A DNA stretch of 64,000 nt, from assembly GCA_963820825.1 (NCBI GenBank), contig CAWGBN010000005.1:171566-235565 (forward strand). Reading direction: 5' to 3'. A program made the position numbers and the translations under genes. The DNA is from Vulcanimicrobiota bacterium (GTDB taxonomy: Bacteria > Vulcanimicrobiota > Vulcanimicrobiia > Vulcanimicrobiales > Vulcanimicrobiaceae). The notes beneath the pieces were generated by a model that worked only from the letters and a program-made list of their open reading frames with translations, searched no databases and was not told the origin of the DNA. The stretch's first letter is position 1. Each line of letters begins with the position of its first letter. Positions 63,857 to 64,000 of this stretch are shown piece after piece.

Positions 63857-64000
63857 TCCGGGCATCGCCCTCCAGAGGTGGGGGAGTAGGGAACCCAGGA
63901 CCGGAAGGTAAAGCAAGCCTGCGTCTATTGCCGATCGCCGAAGGCAAGTCTTATCGCTCGCCGGATGAAAGGGATGAAATGTCGGTAACGCAACCCCCCA

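Noticed and set aside
1..64000. CRISPR array or cas genes
   Set aside because: No regularly spaced nucleotide repeats with unique spacers. The repeats seen are protein-coding (NHL, TIGR03803-type) or isolated REP-like units.
1..64000. Many long antisense or alternate-frame ORFs (e.g. 2746-3963, 9046-10098, 50019-51044, 60309-61430)
   Set aside because: Shadow ORFs typical of high-GC DNA, overlapping well-supported genes and lacking recognisable motifs.

Overview
High-GC bacterial chromosome segment. Gene content, notably a large expansion of secreted beta-propeller-like lipoproteins, suggests Eremiobacterota/Vulcanimicrobiota (inference only). Housekeeping blocks are rpmG-tRNA-Trp-secE-nusG-rplK-rplA, L10 leader-rplJ-rplL, thrS, pstSCAB, hppA and a PHA cluster (phaB-phaB-phaC-XRE regulator-phasin-like gene). 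These carry many single-base frameshifts that look like assembly errors, so their boundaries are approximate. Interspersed accessory genes are mostly intact: about 13 lipoproteins, 4 phosphoesterases, S8 and S53 peptidases, an XRE-STAND-TPR regulator and TIGR03803-type repeat proteins. The right end is a mobile-element hotspot. An IS3 element splits a repeat-protein gene, a tRNA-Arg(CCT) with a mismatched anticodon stem abuts a tyrosine integrase, and the integrase is cut by an IS3 (IS407-like) element that is itself interrupted by an IS110-family element. The best finding is that the IS110 bridge RNA can be read from the sequence. It has two internal loops whose four guides match the insertion target (the DNGP catalytic-motif codons of the IS3 transposase) and the donor junction. 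Its left target guide lies inside the last codons of the recombinase gene, and its G-U wobbles fall on synonymous codon positions of the target.
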